Below the pieces are notes generated by a model. That model did no database searches, was not told where the DNA came from, and saw only the letters and a program-made list of their open reading frames with translations. Shown here one piece after another: positions 26,841 through 40,296 of a stretch of 64,000 bases of DNA. Source of the stretch: Phoronis australis (Eukaryota; Animalia; Phoronida). Both the position numbers and the translations under genes were made by a program. The stretch lies in the NCBI GenBank assembly GCA_002633005.1, contig NMRA01000474.1:62001-126000 (forward strand), in the 5' to 3' direction. The first letter of the stretch is position 1, and each line of letters begins with the position of its first letter.

Positions 26841-29800
26841 CTATTCCTTGACAGCGTATTTCCTCATTGGGTAGAGCCTCATTTTACGCAACTTTTTCTG
26901 AGTCTTCAGTGACTGCTCGTGAGGGGTCAACTGACGACGGATAGCACGCGTCTTTTTTGGTCGTAGGTCCAGAGGAATATATTTCTTCTTCCTGTAGTAT
27001 TTCCGCAGGTTTTCCTTTTGTGTTTGGTTGATGACCGTGAGGACTCGGGCAATTGATTTCCTGACCACACGACTGAAAGGTAAACAGTAAAACAATGAAA
27101 CACACTTAAAAAGATCATGTGCCAAGTTCAGATTTTAGGAGCGGTAATCGAACACTTACCAAACGCACACAAAAAATGCAAAAACTCTAACACAAAAAAA
27201 AAATATCACAAAGGCTGAGAAGTAATTGTGGGGAGTGGCATGAATAGAGAAAAAAAATATCAAGCATACTTCCTCTCGTTAATAGGAAGACAAAAGTTAA
27301 TATTTTCATTAGGGCTGTTCCAGTAAAATCCGTGTGGGAGGGGGGGACGGCAGTAGAAATAAAAATTCATGGGTGGTGGTTTTCAGAAAAAAACTCAAAT
27401 TATGGGTGGTCGTTCCTGTAAGAAGTGATGCATTAAAAATGGGTAGTATTTTTAACCTGTTGATGTTGACAGGTTGGTTACTTCAGCCTTCTAAACAAAA
27501 AAAAATGCAATTGGCATATATCCTAACTTATCCCAATACAAAAAAGCCCATATTGCCAGAGAACAGAGTGCAACATGTTCACTAAGCCATTAATCAAGTC
27601 ATGGGCAACTTGATTTGAGCCAACTTTTGTCTGCAGTCCTATTGAATTGAAAAGTTATGCAACACTAAACTGGTGTTAACACATGTAAGAAAATTGATGA
27701 TTTTTAAATAAAAAGTATGAGGAGTAAGATAAACAAGTTCCAATATTCACTTGACATAGAAATATAAAAGAGTTCGTGGAGACAGTTTGAGATTCATAGA
27801 TCCTTATAATTGAAAAAATGTTCATTGAAATAATAAACACATGGTGAACAGTGACACCTGGTGACTGCCAAAAGTATTGCTCACAGGCTACTTGAGTTTT
27901 TGACAATATTGGACAAGACAACTAGTTCTTGTCTGTCAATCATCTAAGTTCTTAACAGGTCCTCCTGGAGGCAATTTGTTTGCAAGTGTTGGACTTTATA
28001 TCTTAACCTATTAAAAATAATTAAAAAATTATGGGTCATGGGTTGGAGAAATAAATGAAAAATATGGGCAGTGGGTACGAAATAAAAGTGCCTTCGCCCC
28101 CCTCCCATACAGATTTTGCTGGAACAGCCCTTAGCAAGTCTTTGTGGAGCATCCGAGAACTATTCACACACGAGGAGCATACCTGCACTTTGTGCCTCTA
28201 GCAAAAAACTGTTGTCAGTCAGGAATAAATAGTAAAAATTCAAACGCTGTAAAAATCTATCGCTGAGAACAGCTAGGGCTGTACGATTACTGCAATATGG
28301 TCACAAAAATACAGAACCAACACAGTTTGGTCCTGAAAATAACTTTCTTTTCAACCACAAATGGTTAGAAATAACGAACTCCAACATTTAATCACAACCT
28401 TCTTGAAAGGCAAGTTCAAATCCCAACTTTTATGAACTCTCATTAAGTGAACTTTTTGTCTCAATGACCTCCTTAAATCATAATGCAGGTCAGTTCTATT
28501 ATTTCTTGAGGAAAGTGGACCCAAACTGCACAATAAAAGGACATCTCCCACTCATTACCAGGCCAACAAGAGCACAGTTTGCATAATAAAAATTCACACT
28601 TACATTTTAGCCAGCTTAGGTGCTGCACCACCCGTAACCTTGGCGACCTTGAGAGAAGACAACTCCTACAAAAGAATGACAATCACAGGTAAATTATCAC
28701 CATTTTGTTACTCATTTCTAATAGCCATACGATATCAATTTTTACACCCCAACAACGTCCGAAATTTCGAGAGGCAATAGGCTTGATACACCTCACACTG
28801 GATATTTAGATCGGCATTTTGCTCATTAACCCAATTAAGAAGGAAAAATGGTAAAAATGATATTAAGCCTATCACACTCGTGAAATCGATCTTGACATAT
28901 TTCTTACCACGAAAAGATTCTATTTCCGTTACCAACAAGAATATCAAAACCATCAACGAGTCAAAAAAATAAAAATGCTTGAAAGTTTATTGGAGTTGGT
29001 CACCCATCAAACTCCTACTCCAAATATAGTACAGACACATAGCTTGAGACTTGAATTGGTCACAGAATCGAAATGGGATGAAATGCAGCTTTAAACAAAT
29101 GCTCCTCCCAGAATGCAGGACACGACCTCTGAATTAAAGAAACAAAGCAGGTGGTAGACATAGTATTGTTGATGTTCAAATGATGGCGCTGTGATTCAAT
29201 CAAACACAACAGTACACCTAACTTTCAGGTTCAGTGAGTCCCAGGACCCCATATCTCCACAATTGTAAACAGACCACTGGTTAGGAGCATGGGTTATGTT
29301 AAACAGGCTACTAGCACTGGAGCTTTCACGTTTCTTGAAAGGACAAATATTTGTTCTCTGCTTTCATAACTCCCAATAAAATCCTCATGTGGAGTGTAGA
29401 TTAGGCTAAGGAAACAAAAAACTGTTCGTGCCCAACCGCGACGTTGCTGGGGAGATGAAAACACAGTGCCCCTATGAAGGCTTGAGTTCAAGGACCGAAG
29501 TGGCTACCAGAGGGCGAGATCTGTCGAAATTTCTGGTGGGGGGATGGTTAGCCTGGGAATAGTCAAGAGTTCCATGCGTGTTGTGCTATCCACTTAAAAG
29601 TCAGATGGGTATTTTGCCCAATCAGGTACTGTTTCGAAGTTTCGCTCTGTTGCATCTTTGCGATTGCTTGTGCCTTTGCAGTGTCAACAGTGACAAGCAG
29701 GGTGAAGGCCCAAGATTGGTATCCTAATGAATGTCAGGTTGTTTCGGCGTTCTTATTTTGCGCCCACAAAAAAGTGCACGCTGCTAGCCAAATTCAAGAC

Positions 29801-31662
29801 TTGTATTGATGAAATAGAAATGTAATGGTACACTGAAATAACGTGGAAAGTTTGTCGGCAGAATTGTGAAGAACGGCTCACTTGCATCATGTCTATTCAC
29901 CAATGTTCATCAGGTGAGTCACAAAAATCGGCTTACTTGGATGAATAGTTACTTTCTAATCGTAATGCCAGACCTATGACAAAGTACTCACGATCTTGAG
30001 TTCCTCCAGCTGCTTGACAAGGCTTTCCTTGGTTTTACCCCTCAGCTCACGAGCCTTCACCTTCACCTGAGAACAACAACACAAACANNNNNNNNNNNNN
30101 NNNNNNNNNNNNNNNNNNNNNNNNNNNNNNNNNNNNNNNNNNNNNNNNNNNNNNNNNNNNNNNNNNNNNNNNNNNNNNNNNNNNNNNNNNNNNNNNNNNN
30201 NNNNNNNNNNNNNNNNNNNNNNNNNNNNNNNNNNNNNNNNNNNNNNNNNNNNNNNNNNNNNNNNNNGGGCTTGGAATGACCAATGACAAAAAACGCGGAA
30301 ACTTTGAAACTTTTACGGCCCAAATCTTGCCCGATAACCAGCCTTGAAATGGTCAGTGTGAACCTTTCCCCACAAAAATCGGGAGGACTAAAAAAAAAAA
30401 CGTTACCACCATCAGTAGCATGCATCTGCGTCCTTTCAGCTCGCCCATCCACTCCCAACCCACACATTTTTGGCTGCAGAGCGGTAGTATTTGTCGCCGC
30501 GCTTAACAATAACACGAGACGCCATTGAATATCTCCCACCACGCTGTCCCAGATGCCCCGGCAATGTTGACTATTTATGTTCCTCCGAAACATAAAGAGC
30601 AACTTCCGCTTTTCGAGGTGAACGTCGTCTGCAACGCCGCGGTAAGAAAGGAATTTGCCGCGGAAATTTTATATCAAATCCGATTTTTTTACACGGAAAT
30701 ATTATAAAAAAAGCGGAAAGCACATTTGAAAAAAGCGGAAATCCTCGTTTCCGCGGAAAATTCCAAGCCATGAACTCTCCATTAGCCAAGATAGCACGAG
30801 GACTGTATTAGCTAAGGAGGCAAGAGAACACAGAAATAAGGCACCCAATTGAAGTTTGAGTTACACTAGTCTGATGAAGTTGTACCACATTAAACGTTTC
30901 AACCTAAAATAATTATTTTACTACTCATGCGTTCACAACTACACAAGACATGTGGAAATAGTCTGTGGAGTCAGTTCTGCCATTTCTACTCATTTTTAAA
31001 TAATGGACTTTGAAGTTCAATCAGTGACCCTGCTGAACAATTTCTACATGGCTTGTGTCATATCCCCTGGAGCAAGCTGTGTAAACATGGCCAGTTGCTG
31101 ACTTGAGCAACTGAAAGGATTGTTCGAAAAAAAGTTTGATTGTGGAAATATTTGTTCAAGCCGGGAAAAATTAAACACATCAAGAGTCTCCTCTTAGCTA
31201 CAGTGTTCCTCTATGGGCAAAATGTAATATAGCCTATGACTTTGACGGTTTAGGAATTAGCGACCTCAGTCCGGTTTTATTCAGCTCACCATAAATTCGA
31301 TGTTTTACAAAGGACGATGCAATAATTCACTAGACAACTTCTAGTGATTTAGGGATGGTAATTTCGCTTCGGAACACAAGAACCGTTTGGCTTCACGGCT
31401 ATCGAATCCTATTATGCTGTATGGGAAAAGGCATTCCTCGGTAAGTATTGCATATCTAACAGTTTTCTCCTCCGAGGCATCGAAGCAGCAGGTCTCAAAG
31501 CAACGACACCACTAACAACAGAAAGCTTCTCTATGAAAGATACTCTCGCATACCAACAAAAGTGATATTGATTTAATAGAACTTTAACAGATAAGGACGA
31601 AAATGTAAAAATTTAATAGGATGTTGCTCGATAAACTTAGTCGTGTCAACACTTCCTACCAT
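26841..31662 (-). CDS. RPL35: 60S ribosomal protein L35 (uL29), 123 aa
   Basis: Exons 31662-31660 (ATG|gtagga), 30066-29992 ([25 protein letters not shown]), 28665-28604 ([20 protein letters not shown]), 27072-26841 ([17 protein letters not shown]...[14 protein letters not shown]...RKYAVKE*). Total 372 nt. AATAAA on the minus strand at 26823-26818. Confidence 0.97.
27312..28130. mobile_element. PIF/Harbinger-type (Tourist-like) MITE in RPL35 intron 3
   Basis: TIRs of about 33 bp (GGGCTGTTCCAGTAAAATCCGTGTGGGAGGGGG / CCCCCTCCCATACAGATTTTGCTGGAACAGCCC), with TTA on both sides (27309-27311, 28131-28133). No coding capacity. Confidence 0.85.
30088..30266. other. Assembly gap in RPL35 intron 1
   Basis: Run of 179 N. 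Confidence 0.99.
30267..30772. mobile_element. Non-autonomous DNA transposon (hAT-like ends) in RPL35 intron 1
   Basis: GGGCTTGGAA next to the gap and TTCCAAGCCATG at the other end, with subterminal GCGGAAA repeats at 30640-30760. Related ends occur at 15518 and 26604. Confidence 0.55.
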
Positions 31663-31988
31663 TTTGCTTGCAAGGGGATGTAGAAAGAGAACCACAACGA
31701 GGCTGCTTTCACCACATCATATATGTCTTTAATTAAAGGGCAAATTTTAAGTCTTCAACTGTATAAAGCATCTCACAAATTTCCTGAGTGACCCTATGTT
31801 TTATTTTAAAGTCTACTATTGAACACATTTTGTATTATTTCATCCAAAGATATTTCAAGGACGTAAATAGTTGTTGACATTGCGTTTAAGGTAATTGAAA
31901 GTTCTCGTTTCCGGTTTGAAGCGACGGGGCGTAGTTTCCGTGTCTCTAGGAGTTTAATTTTCGTGTTGTGTTCTTCAGGTAGATAAAT
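31663..31988. promoter_or_regulatory. Bidirectional RPL35/ARPC5 promoter with TCT/5'TOP start for RPL35
   Basis: The divergent ATGs are 326 bp apart. The minus strand reads TTCTCTTTCT at about 31691-31682, roughly 25 nt upstream of the RPL35 ATG. TTCCGG and GGGGCG motifs lie at about 31909-31930 toward ARPC5. Confidence 0.75.
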
Positions 31989-34900
31989 ATGTCTAAAAAT
32001 ACCGGTGCCCGTGAATTTAGGAAAGTCGATGTTGACGACTTGGATGAAGACAAGTATCAAGACGAAGTTGTAACGGAGCAAAATTTGGGACCAGACGAAC
32101 AGGAAGTGAACAGTTTGCTGATGGCGTATCCTTGCTTTGCTTTGTCGTTTGATTCAGTCTATCTTTATCGCACCGTAGCTGACTGGAACATCCCCCTTAG
32201 TAATTATTTACAATATGATGACATTTGCCTACACACATAATTTTGGTATCGTTCAATTCCTCCCATCATTCTCATGAAAAGAACGTACAAAAATGTCTCC
32301 TACGACTACGTCATTCCCTTATTATTTTATCATCAAATTTTTTGTTTGCACTCTTCCCTGATTGATACCGCCATGGTCACTCAACAAAAGATTATAGTGA
32401 CACCTGTTGTAATGAATGAAACAGCATTATCACGTACGAATAGTGTTTGCCCACGAGATTCTCGTTAGAGTTAACTAAGGCTAAAGTTTTTCTGAGATAA
32501 CATAGAACAACGCTCATGCTGAATGAGTTTCTGAAACTCAATAGCTGGTTTTAATTCAAATTTCATAATATTAGAAAAAGTCCATTTTAAAAAGTGTTTT
32601 TTCTTTTTGGTGGTAACGACGATTTAGTAAAATGATGCCTATTCAATGCCTTAGCTTGGCACCCATGCTTGAACAAGGGGCAGAATTTCACCCTTTACCA
32701 CAAAATTCTCTGAAATTATACCCTATTTACTAGTTTTGGCCCCCGAAAAAACGCTTTTTTTGCTAATTCTCATTAGCGGATGCGTAACAAGATCACCATG
32801 CTAGTAATGTTCGAATCTTCGGAACGTGGCTCAGACTTGGGCCAGGGTCGACAAGTGCCGGTCAGTTTGAACAAAGACGTTACAGTCTCTGGTTTAAACT
32901 TGTGAATAAACGTGCCGGTATTAATCAGGAAATAGTGCGAACAAAAATTTGACATGTTTTGGAATGGGAAGGAACGATACCAAAATCATGTGTAAATCAA
33001 TATCGCCATATTGTAAACAATTACCTCCTTCTTATCATATCACGTATTCTCCGTCTATCAATAACAATAGGAGCAGACTCACAAATTTCTAAATAAACCT
33101 GTATGAAGTGCTCTGTCTGGCTTTCCCTCTCCCTGTAACGTGCAGCCAACAGTGCACTAAAAATCAAGTAAATGGACCCTTCTTCAAAATGGCTACTGGG
33201 AACCAGTTTGACATTATGCAGCGAAAACTGGTTCCTTACAGCCATTTTTAAGAGGGACCCGTTTACTAGACTTTTACCCAGTAGTGCAGCTATTGCTTAC
33301 CAGGCCAGGGCTATACATGCATTGTCATCACATGTTTCTCTAATTTTTTTGTTTTATTTAAATTTTCTCACTTAGTCTTACATTTATTGTTGTTATACAA
33401 CTACATAAAACTTTGTGTCGTGGATGGTTGATTGATAAGAGAAAGAACAAGATTCATAACAGTTTCATGCAACAAAAAGTGCTAGTTCACTCCTAGACAT
33501 GTAACCCGGTTGTAAATAATTGTTTCCAGTCACACTAGAGAAGGTGTTCCCCATGCCATTTTTTCAAGGTACCTCTTCCATAAAGTTCATGTTGCAATTT
33601 GAGAAAAAAACGTGAAAAATTAACCTACTGACCTAGTATGCCATTCGGAAACAAGAGTGGTCTGTGAAACAGATGAAGAAGTCGTTTATTTGGAAGTGGT
33701 CTTTTTTAATAACAAATTTCTTCCAAACCCCCTGCTGGCGCTTCTCATCACTGGCTCTGCGCTCGTTTCAAATGGTTGTGTATACTGCTTGGAGCAGACC
33801 ACGGGAATGTGTTAAAATGGACTAGCCTAAGAAGAGGGGTGTCAAGTAGTGAACTCTGGGCTCCCTGTTCTCCACATCAAGGCTGTTAACACTAGAAAGG
33901 CATGCCTGTGAAGTGAGGATTTTCGCACTTATTAAAACCAACTGAAGCTGAGGTTCTGTTAGAGTTAAGAGGGGTTTTAATCTTTGACCCCGGGAAATGC
34001 TGTAATCATCATTGGAGGGGAATTTTTGAGCCTGATGAGGGAATTGAGCCAACTGTCCGTCACAAAGTCAAAGCTTCGCCGTACCCTGACTTCAAAATAT
34101 TTTTTATTTGTCCGTGCTCACTTTAATGCTATCCCAATAGTTTTGAGTTTCTCGCGCAAAATGGGCAACAATCATTTACGGAGCACCCAGATTTTGAGAA
34201 CCAGTCTGAGGAGAAATCTAGTGCTCAAAATGTAAGACCCTGTAGCGACTATTACCTTGAAATGTTGTCCATATTGTTCCTTAACTGTTGATCCACAGAA
34301 AAAAGAATACCGACGCCCTGAAGCTTGTTTTAAACAATGCCCCAATTGGTGCTGACAAAGAAACCAAGGTGAGTTTGTTATTAATGAGCATGTCGTTTCA
34401 CACGTCGTTCATTAGGGTTGCAAATCTCTAGTCCAGTTCATGAAAGTGTCTTAACTTTTTTCTAATGCTTCTTACATACTTCTAAAAAATATGTCGCCTC
34501 TGCCAAAGTAAAGTGTCACTAATGCATTTAAATGCTAACTGCTCAAATAAGTTTCACAAATCATTTCTAAATTGTCATGTGCTAACAGTTAACCAGCAAA
34601 AACTTTTTGCAAAGTGGGAATATTAAGTCACTTTTAATGAAAAGACCGCAGTACTCTAGAACTATTTCCTATGATTGGTGACCAAAAAGTGATCATAATA
34701 AAACACTGATAGTAACATTTTCTATTTCTTATTAGTTCTACACTTTGAATATCATATTTGGGTGTTTTGAGAACACTGGTGTGTCCCACGGTACATTGGT
34801 GAAAGTCACCATGGATTTATTTTTTGAAGTATCATCTTGAAGTACGAATTTCCCCAATAAAGGGCCATTCACACACAGACTAACCTGAGAACAAGTTACT

Positions 34901-36410
34901 CTTGAAACGAGTTGTCGCTAGGTTTGGAGTAAACAAACGAAATGAAAAACAAAATGAGTATCAACAATTCTTCAAACAGGAAGTGTGACGCTGTGAGCAT
35001 GGAGATATACGAGACATTTTGTTTTGCATTTTCTGTTGCTCAACATTGTTTATTTTTTATCGTAACTCAAACCTGGGTTTAAATTGCTCATTAGTGTCAA
35101 TACGAATTTCCAGGAAAAGGCTGCATCGTTGGTTACTAAGATACTCACGTCATTCAAGTCAAGTGAAATGGATTCAGCTGTCAAGTCTCTCAACCCAACA
35201 CAAATCGACATCCTGATGAAGTACATATACCTCGGCTTCTCAACACCGACAGATGGTGTTTGTGCCAGTCTTTTAGCATGGCACGAAAAGGTGATAATAA
35301 TCATTTGATAGCATGTCAATTCCATGTCAAATAATTTTTCTCAAATTTCTTGACCTCAAAAATAAACCATGGAGGAACATTTTTACGTCATTTTCAGGTT
35401 CATTTTGTGGAATTTTGCACCGTAAAATAACTTGTGGGAAAGTTTTGAAGAGTTTTGTTGCCCTTACTAGACATTGAAGCAGGGGAAAATTACACTTTCT
35501 TTGATGATTTTTTATCACTTATGATGAAATTTTACCTTGTTGTGTCAATTTGTGTCTGACATTACTTCTCATTCTACTCAATGGCGTGTTTGTCTAGTTT
35601 TCTTTATCAATTTCTGGGGAACAAACCCGACCAGCAACACTTACTGCATATCCTAATCTACGTCAATTTTACCTGTGTTTAGGAAGATGTGAGCCAAATA
35701 CTTCTTGTAACGTTGATGTCATTTGATATCAGTTACATATTGTGAGTTATTTATATGCAGACGAGTACCGCGAAATTTCCTATGAACTGCTTGACAATGT
35801 GCAAAATAGTTGCACAATCAGTTGAAGAATCAATGTTATTCCACTTATTTTAGAAGAAATTTACGTTGAATTAATGAAAAGATGCCATTATCTGTTGTTC
35901 ATAATTGAAAATAAAATTTGAAACGATATACAGTGCAAGCTAAAAGTATGCAGACAAAATGACCCATAATTCCCTATTATGAGAGCTGAGCAGAGGCCAA
36001 ATTCTCTCATGACCAAGAATGTTAACGGGAAAGTTATCGAGGTGACTAAGCCATTCTGTAATTGGAATTTTGCTGGCCAAATAGTTGTTCACAGCAATTT
36101 TTGCGGTTAACAGAAGTCACCGTCATACGTAACAGTATTTTGTCTGTTTACTTTTATCTTGTATTATAATTCCTGCAAACTTTATGGTATATTCAATGTA
36201 AATTTAAAGCATTGCCTTCACTCATTGGTCACGTAATATAAACACGTACACGCAGGCGCATAGTTATCATTACCCTTCAAAGGCATGGATGTTTTAGGTT
36301 ACCGTATGAATTGCAGTTCAGTTTTATTTCTGTTATATTTGCAGGCTTTTGCTGCTGGTGGACTTGGAAGCATAGTGAGAGTTTTGACAGACAGAAAAAA
36401 GCTGGTGTGA
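31989..36410 (+). CDS. ARPC5: Arp2/3 complex subunit 5 (p16-Arc), 149 aa
   Basis: Exons 31989-32125 (MSKNTGAREFRKVDVDDLDEDKY), 34299-34368, 35114-35290 (DILMKYIYLGF...LLAWHEK), 36345-36410 (AFAAGGLGSIVRVLTDRKKLV*). Total 450 nt. Intron 1 is U12-type. Confidence 0.97.
32126..34298 (+). other. U12-type (minor spliceosome) GT-AG intron 1 of ARPC5
   Basis: 5' splice site GTATCCTT at 32126, branch site TTCCTTAAC at 34277-34285, CAG ending at 34298, and no polypyrimidine tract. Joining the flanking exons keeps the frame. Confidence 0.93.
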
Positions 36411-37726
36411 GATCAGTATTACAAGTTATTAATTCTTGGTTATTCCTCATATTGATGCAGTCACATTATGCTATAAACACGGTCAAATTGTGCTTTAATC
36501 GAAAAAATGATTTAGTCCATGTCGCGCGCTTATGATAGGCTATGTAGGCTGGGCGAAATGGTTTGTGAAATGTATGTATTAATGGATCATTGTTTGAAAC
36601 AATTTGTAATTGTATTTTTTATGAGTGTGGTTAGGATAGGTATGTGGTAATTATGAGCAACAACGAGGCAAGCACAACACAGTGTGAAGTCGCGCTGAAT
36701 TCAACCATTGTTTGTCGGTGGTTCAAAAGTCAGTGACATTGTTTAGTTGTTTTTTTGTAAATTTTTTTATCACCACGAAAGTCAAAATCCATGTTTGTTA
36801 CACACGATGTTTCAAAAGCATGGACATAGACCTGCTGAATTGAAAACTTCTCTGTAACTTAACTGGCAAGCTTTCATTAGCTTTTATCTAATTAGAAATT
36901 TGCGTTATGCAAAACTTATTCTTAGTGATTAACTCACAATGATTTCAACTTACGTTTTTCACAAGTTTATTGAATTTCATAGATTTCGACGCATGTGGCA
37001 AGCAAATTACATATTGAAAGTGGGCTTTTGTTGACAATGTGAAGAAATGACAGCGTAGATTGAAACTCATGACCAAAAGGAAGCCTGACAATGGATAGAT
37101 ATAGGGTGCGTTTTGTATTCCCCCATTACCGTAATACAAAAGTGGACGAGAAAGGATTTTTTTCCATGGAACACCCTCTGGATTTTTACCGCATTATCTT
37201 TGTAACCTGCATTAGTCGGTTAACATTTCTGGCTTACCCATTGCTGGAAAAATGTTTCAACCGAGGTCTGGTGGCTTTATTGTTGCTTTCATTAAGTGCA
37301 TTTTTCAACAAATAACAACGCAGTGTACAACTATACGGTGATGTTGTCCCCAGTGCAACTTCTATCCTTCCAGGCTCATGTGATTTAGTTCTCGAAATGT
37401 TTTCCTGGGGTTGAAACCAACTCTTACTATCAGCTGCACTATTAACATTCACCGCAAAAACTTACTTCTCACAAAACATTACCACAGAACCTAAACTCCA
37501 ATAACATTTTCCACATTATTTTCCTTGCACTGGACCACAGTGCATGACCCTGTACCTGTACGGCACTATTTTTACGGTCACTTGCACTAAAATTGTCTGT
37601 GGCGAGAGTGCCCATGTGTGGTGGTTGAGTTTTTGTGATATGATATTTGTGCGCGCTGTGGCATGGGTTTGTTTCCTCCCCTGATTTTGTCATCATTCAT
37701 TCCTCACATTCTACGAAATGTATCAT

Positions 37727-37759
37727 AATAAAACTTTATACATCTTTTATTGTTTTATT
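37727..37759. terminator. Adjacent convergent polyadenylation signals (ARPC5 +, GOLGA1 -)
   Basis: AATAAA on + at 37727-37732; TTTATT (minus-strand AATAAA) at 37746-37751 and 37754-37759. Confidence 0.55.
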
Positions 37760-40296
37760 TTTTCTCAGAATTTAACCATTTACAAAACCTTTATTACGGT
37801 CCGATGAATATCTTTAGGTAACTCAGATACCAAACCATGTCCAGTTAATAATTTTTCATTTACAGAACACTAAAAAAGTCCTTAGGACATTTTTCACAAT
37901 GTGCCAATTGAAATTTTACATCAGACAGGAACTTACCAGAGTTGCTTCTTTACATGAAAGCAACGTTCACTAGATTGAAATGCTGTAAATAATTCATTCA
38001 CATATGAAATGACAAAATCTCGATGTACAAGACCTTCATAGCAGTCAAAAGTTGGGTCAAAAAAAGCGTATAGATACCAGACCTAACTCGATGAACTATG
38101 CTTTTCTGGCCTTACCAATGAGTACAAATATTTATAAACTAAAATGTTGCCACAACAACAGCAAACTTAACTTGGCACCATTCATTCACATACAATGCAG
38201 TTGACCAAAATCGACAAAGGATTTCCACGATATCAGTGTCGGTGAAGTCAAACTCTTTCGTACAGTACATAACAAAAAGCAATCCGCCAAAATAACGTTT
38301 TCCTGTGATGACGTTTCCCTGCGATGATGGCTAATTCTGTTAAAAGCCAAAATGACTGGTAAGGACTATAATGGCAGGAAAATTCAAATTACAGAATGGC
38401 TGAATCTAGTTAACTTTATGTCAATTTGCCTTCATTCCCAATTTTATTTCAGCTTGACTTGATTAGTCCTGCTCTAGTATTTAAGACGGGAAAAGCCAAG
38501 AATAAATCTTTCCATACTTCAGTTAGTAAACCTCGCTAATTTTTCCTACCAATTTTCCTTTTTAGACAGTCTGTACAAAGAACGGAAAACTTATTTCCAA
38601 AATGGCCACCCACTATGACGCGCGGTCTAGTTACTGACACAGCGAACTCTTTAGACACCGAAGCTATCAAACCTTATTCAAAGCTATAAAGCAGTCGCTG
38701 AGACCAATGCCAAGGTATCTCATATTTGCAATTACCGATACATGAATTACATGCTCACAAGCCAACTTGTGTTTTTATTTTACACCACTGTCATAAGTGT
38801 GTTATCACAGCACAGACGCTTCTGTATATTGCACATTCCATAACAACAGAAGAGGCTTGTACAATCATGTATGTGGACAAAAAAGAACTAATGGGCTACA
38901 GCTAACCAGGGTGAATGTTGAGGTTGGAGGAACAGTGCTGCACCCTGGTGAAAAACATTGCTATTATTGGTCTCTTAGACCACTTATTAAGCACTTGGTC
39001 ACAAAGTGTTCCTTAGTCAAAATAAGTGCGATTTGTGGGTGTGGAAAGAACTGACATATTGTGTTTGTTCAAGTCCATGCTGTACATGTAGACATGTCAC
39101 GGTGTGTATTTCAATTTTTCGAGCACGGTCTCAAAGAATAATGAACTGTCAGTTTTTCGCAAAACCAGAAACCACTTCTTGTCGGAGTAAGGAATAAGTT
39201 GAGACCAATTTTACAACTTATAGCTTCTTGAAAGGAACATGGTTTTATTGCTCCGTTAAGCCGCGCAAAAGACAAAGATGGCTCAATTTCTCGTTCAAAC
39301 TTTTTAACTGGATATCCATCCTTTCCAGGGGCTAGCAAACAGTTTCCATTCCTGCAGTCATTAAGGCAAAACCTATTGCACTCGGTACGTGGCCACCTAA
39401 CACAAGCATCTGACACATATCATTGTTAAACAAGCAACAAACACCTTTTGCATTACTAATATGAACCAATAGGGCACAAGAAGAGAATTCTAAGCTTGCT
39501 TGCTTCCTGTATAATAAATAGTGATGCCGCTTACACATAAGCGAGAAAGCACGAGTCCTGCATCACGAAATTCATTTGTCGTCCTTCAAATATGAGCACA
39601 CCCCGGAAATCGCTTTCGCATTATTTCCACTGGTGGTTCTCATTCACTCCCTTGCATACATTCAAAAGTAAGTCGTTACCACGACAACATTGCAGGGAAC
39701 ACTGTCTCCCATTACCTTGACTCAGTTACAGAACATGAAGTTGTGTGGAATGTAAAGATTTAGCCTGTTGTTGTTGCAAGACATTTCTCTACTGTCAACC
39801 AATCACAATGACTGAAAGAAAGTTACTTCATTCTGCAAACCAATGGGAACTCGCATTTATCATCCTTTAATGGTGCTGCTGCTTGTAGCACTGAGGCATG
39901 TAGAACCATCAAAGCTTTGGGTGGCAGAAGACGCAGTTTCTCCCATTGCACCCAATAAGTTCAGAAAGTCGCATTTTTAAAGTTCCCAATTATAGGCACC
40001 TAACCTCAAACTTAGTAGTTTGGATGGATTGCTTCGTTTTCTGCTCACCCCCACAGAGGGAACTCATCTGAACTGCCACTGCTGACATCGCAGTCAACAG
40101 AGTCCATCACTAATATTTAGGAGGGATTACTGTTGCGTCTTGCCTTCCTCCAAGGAGGTGACTTCGCAATATTGCTATTCCTGACAACAATAGTATCAAG
40201 CCAGCACTAAAGCACTAGTTGAAATGCTCTTGTTTCTTGGCTCTCCCCAAAGAGGGCGCACATTCCTAAATGCTTTAAACTGACAAGACACCAGTA

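Noticed and set aside
29595-29940. Possible intronic C/D snoRNA or RNase P/MRP RNA in RPL35 intron 2 (TGATGA/CTGA boxes on minus; ACAAAAATCGGCTTA on plus)
   Set aside because: No terminal stem, no recognisable rRNA or snRNA antisense element, and no properly pairing P4 partner at a plausible distance.
30047-30602. ORFs of 80 and 179 aa in the ORF track
   Set aside because: They are open only because they cross the N gap.
30945-31075. Possible H/ACA snoRNA in RPL35 intron 1
   Set aside because: ANANNA and ACA boxes are present but the hairpins are weak and no target is evident. It needs snoReport or cmscan.
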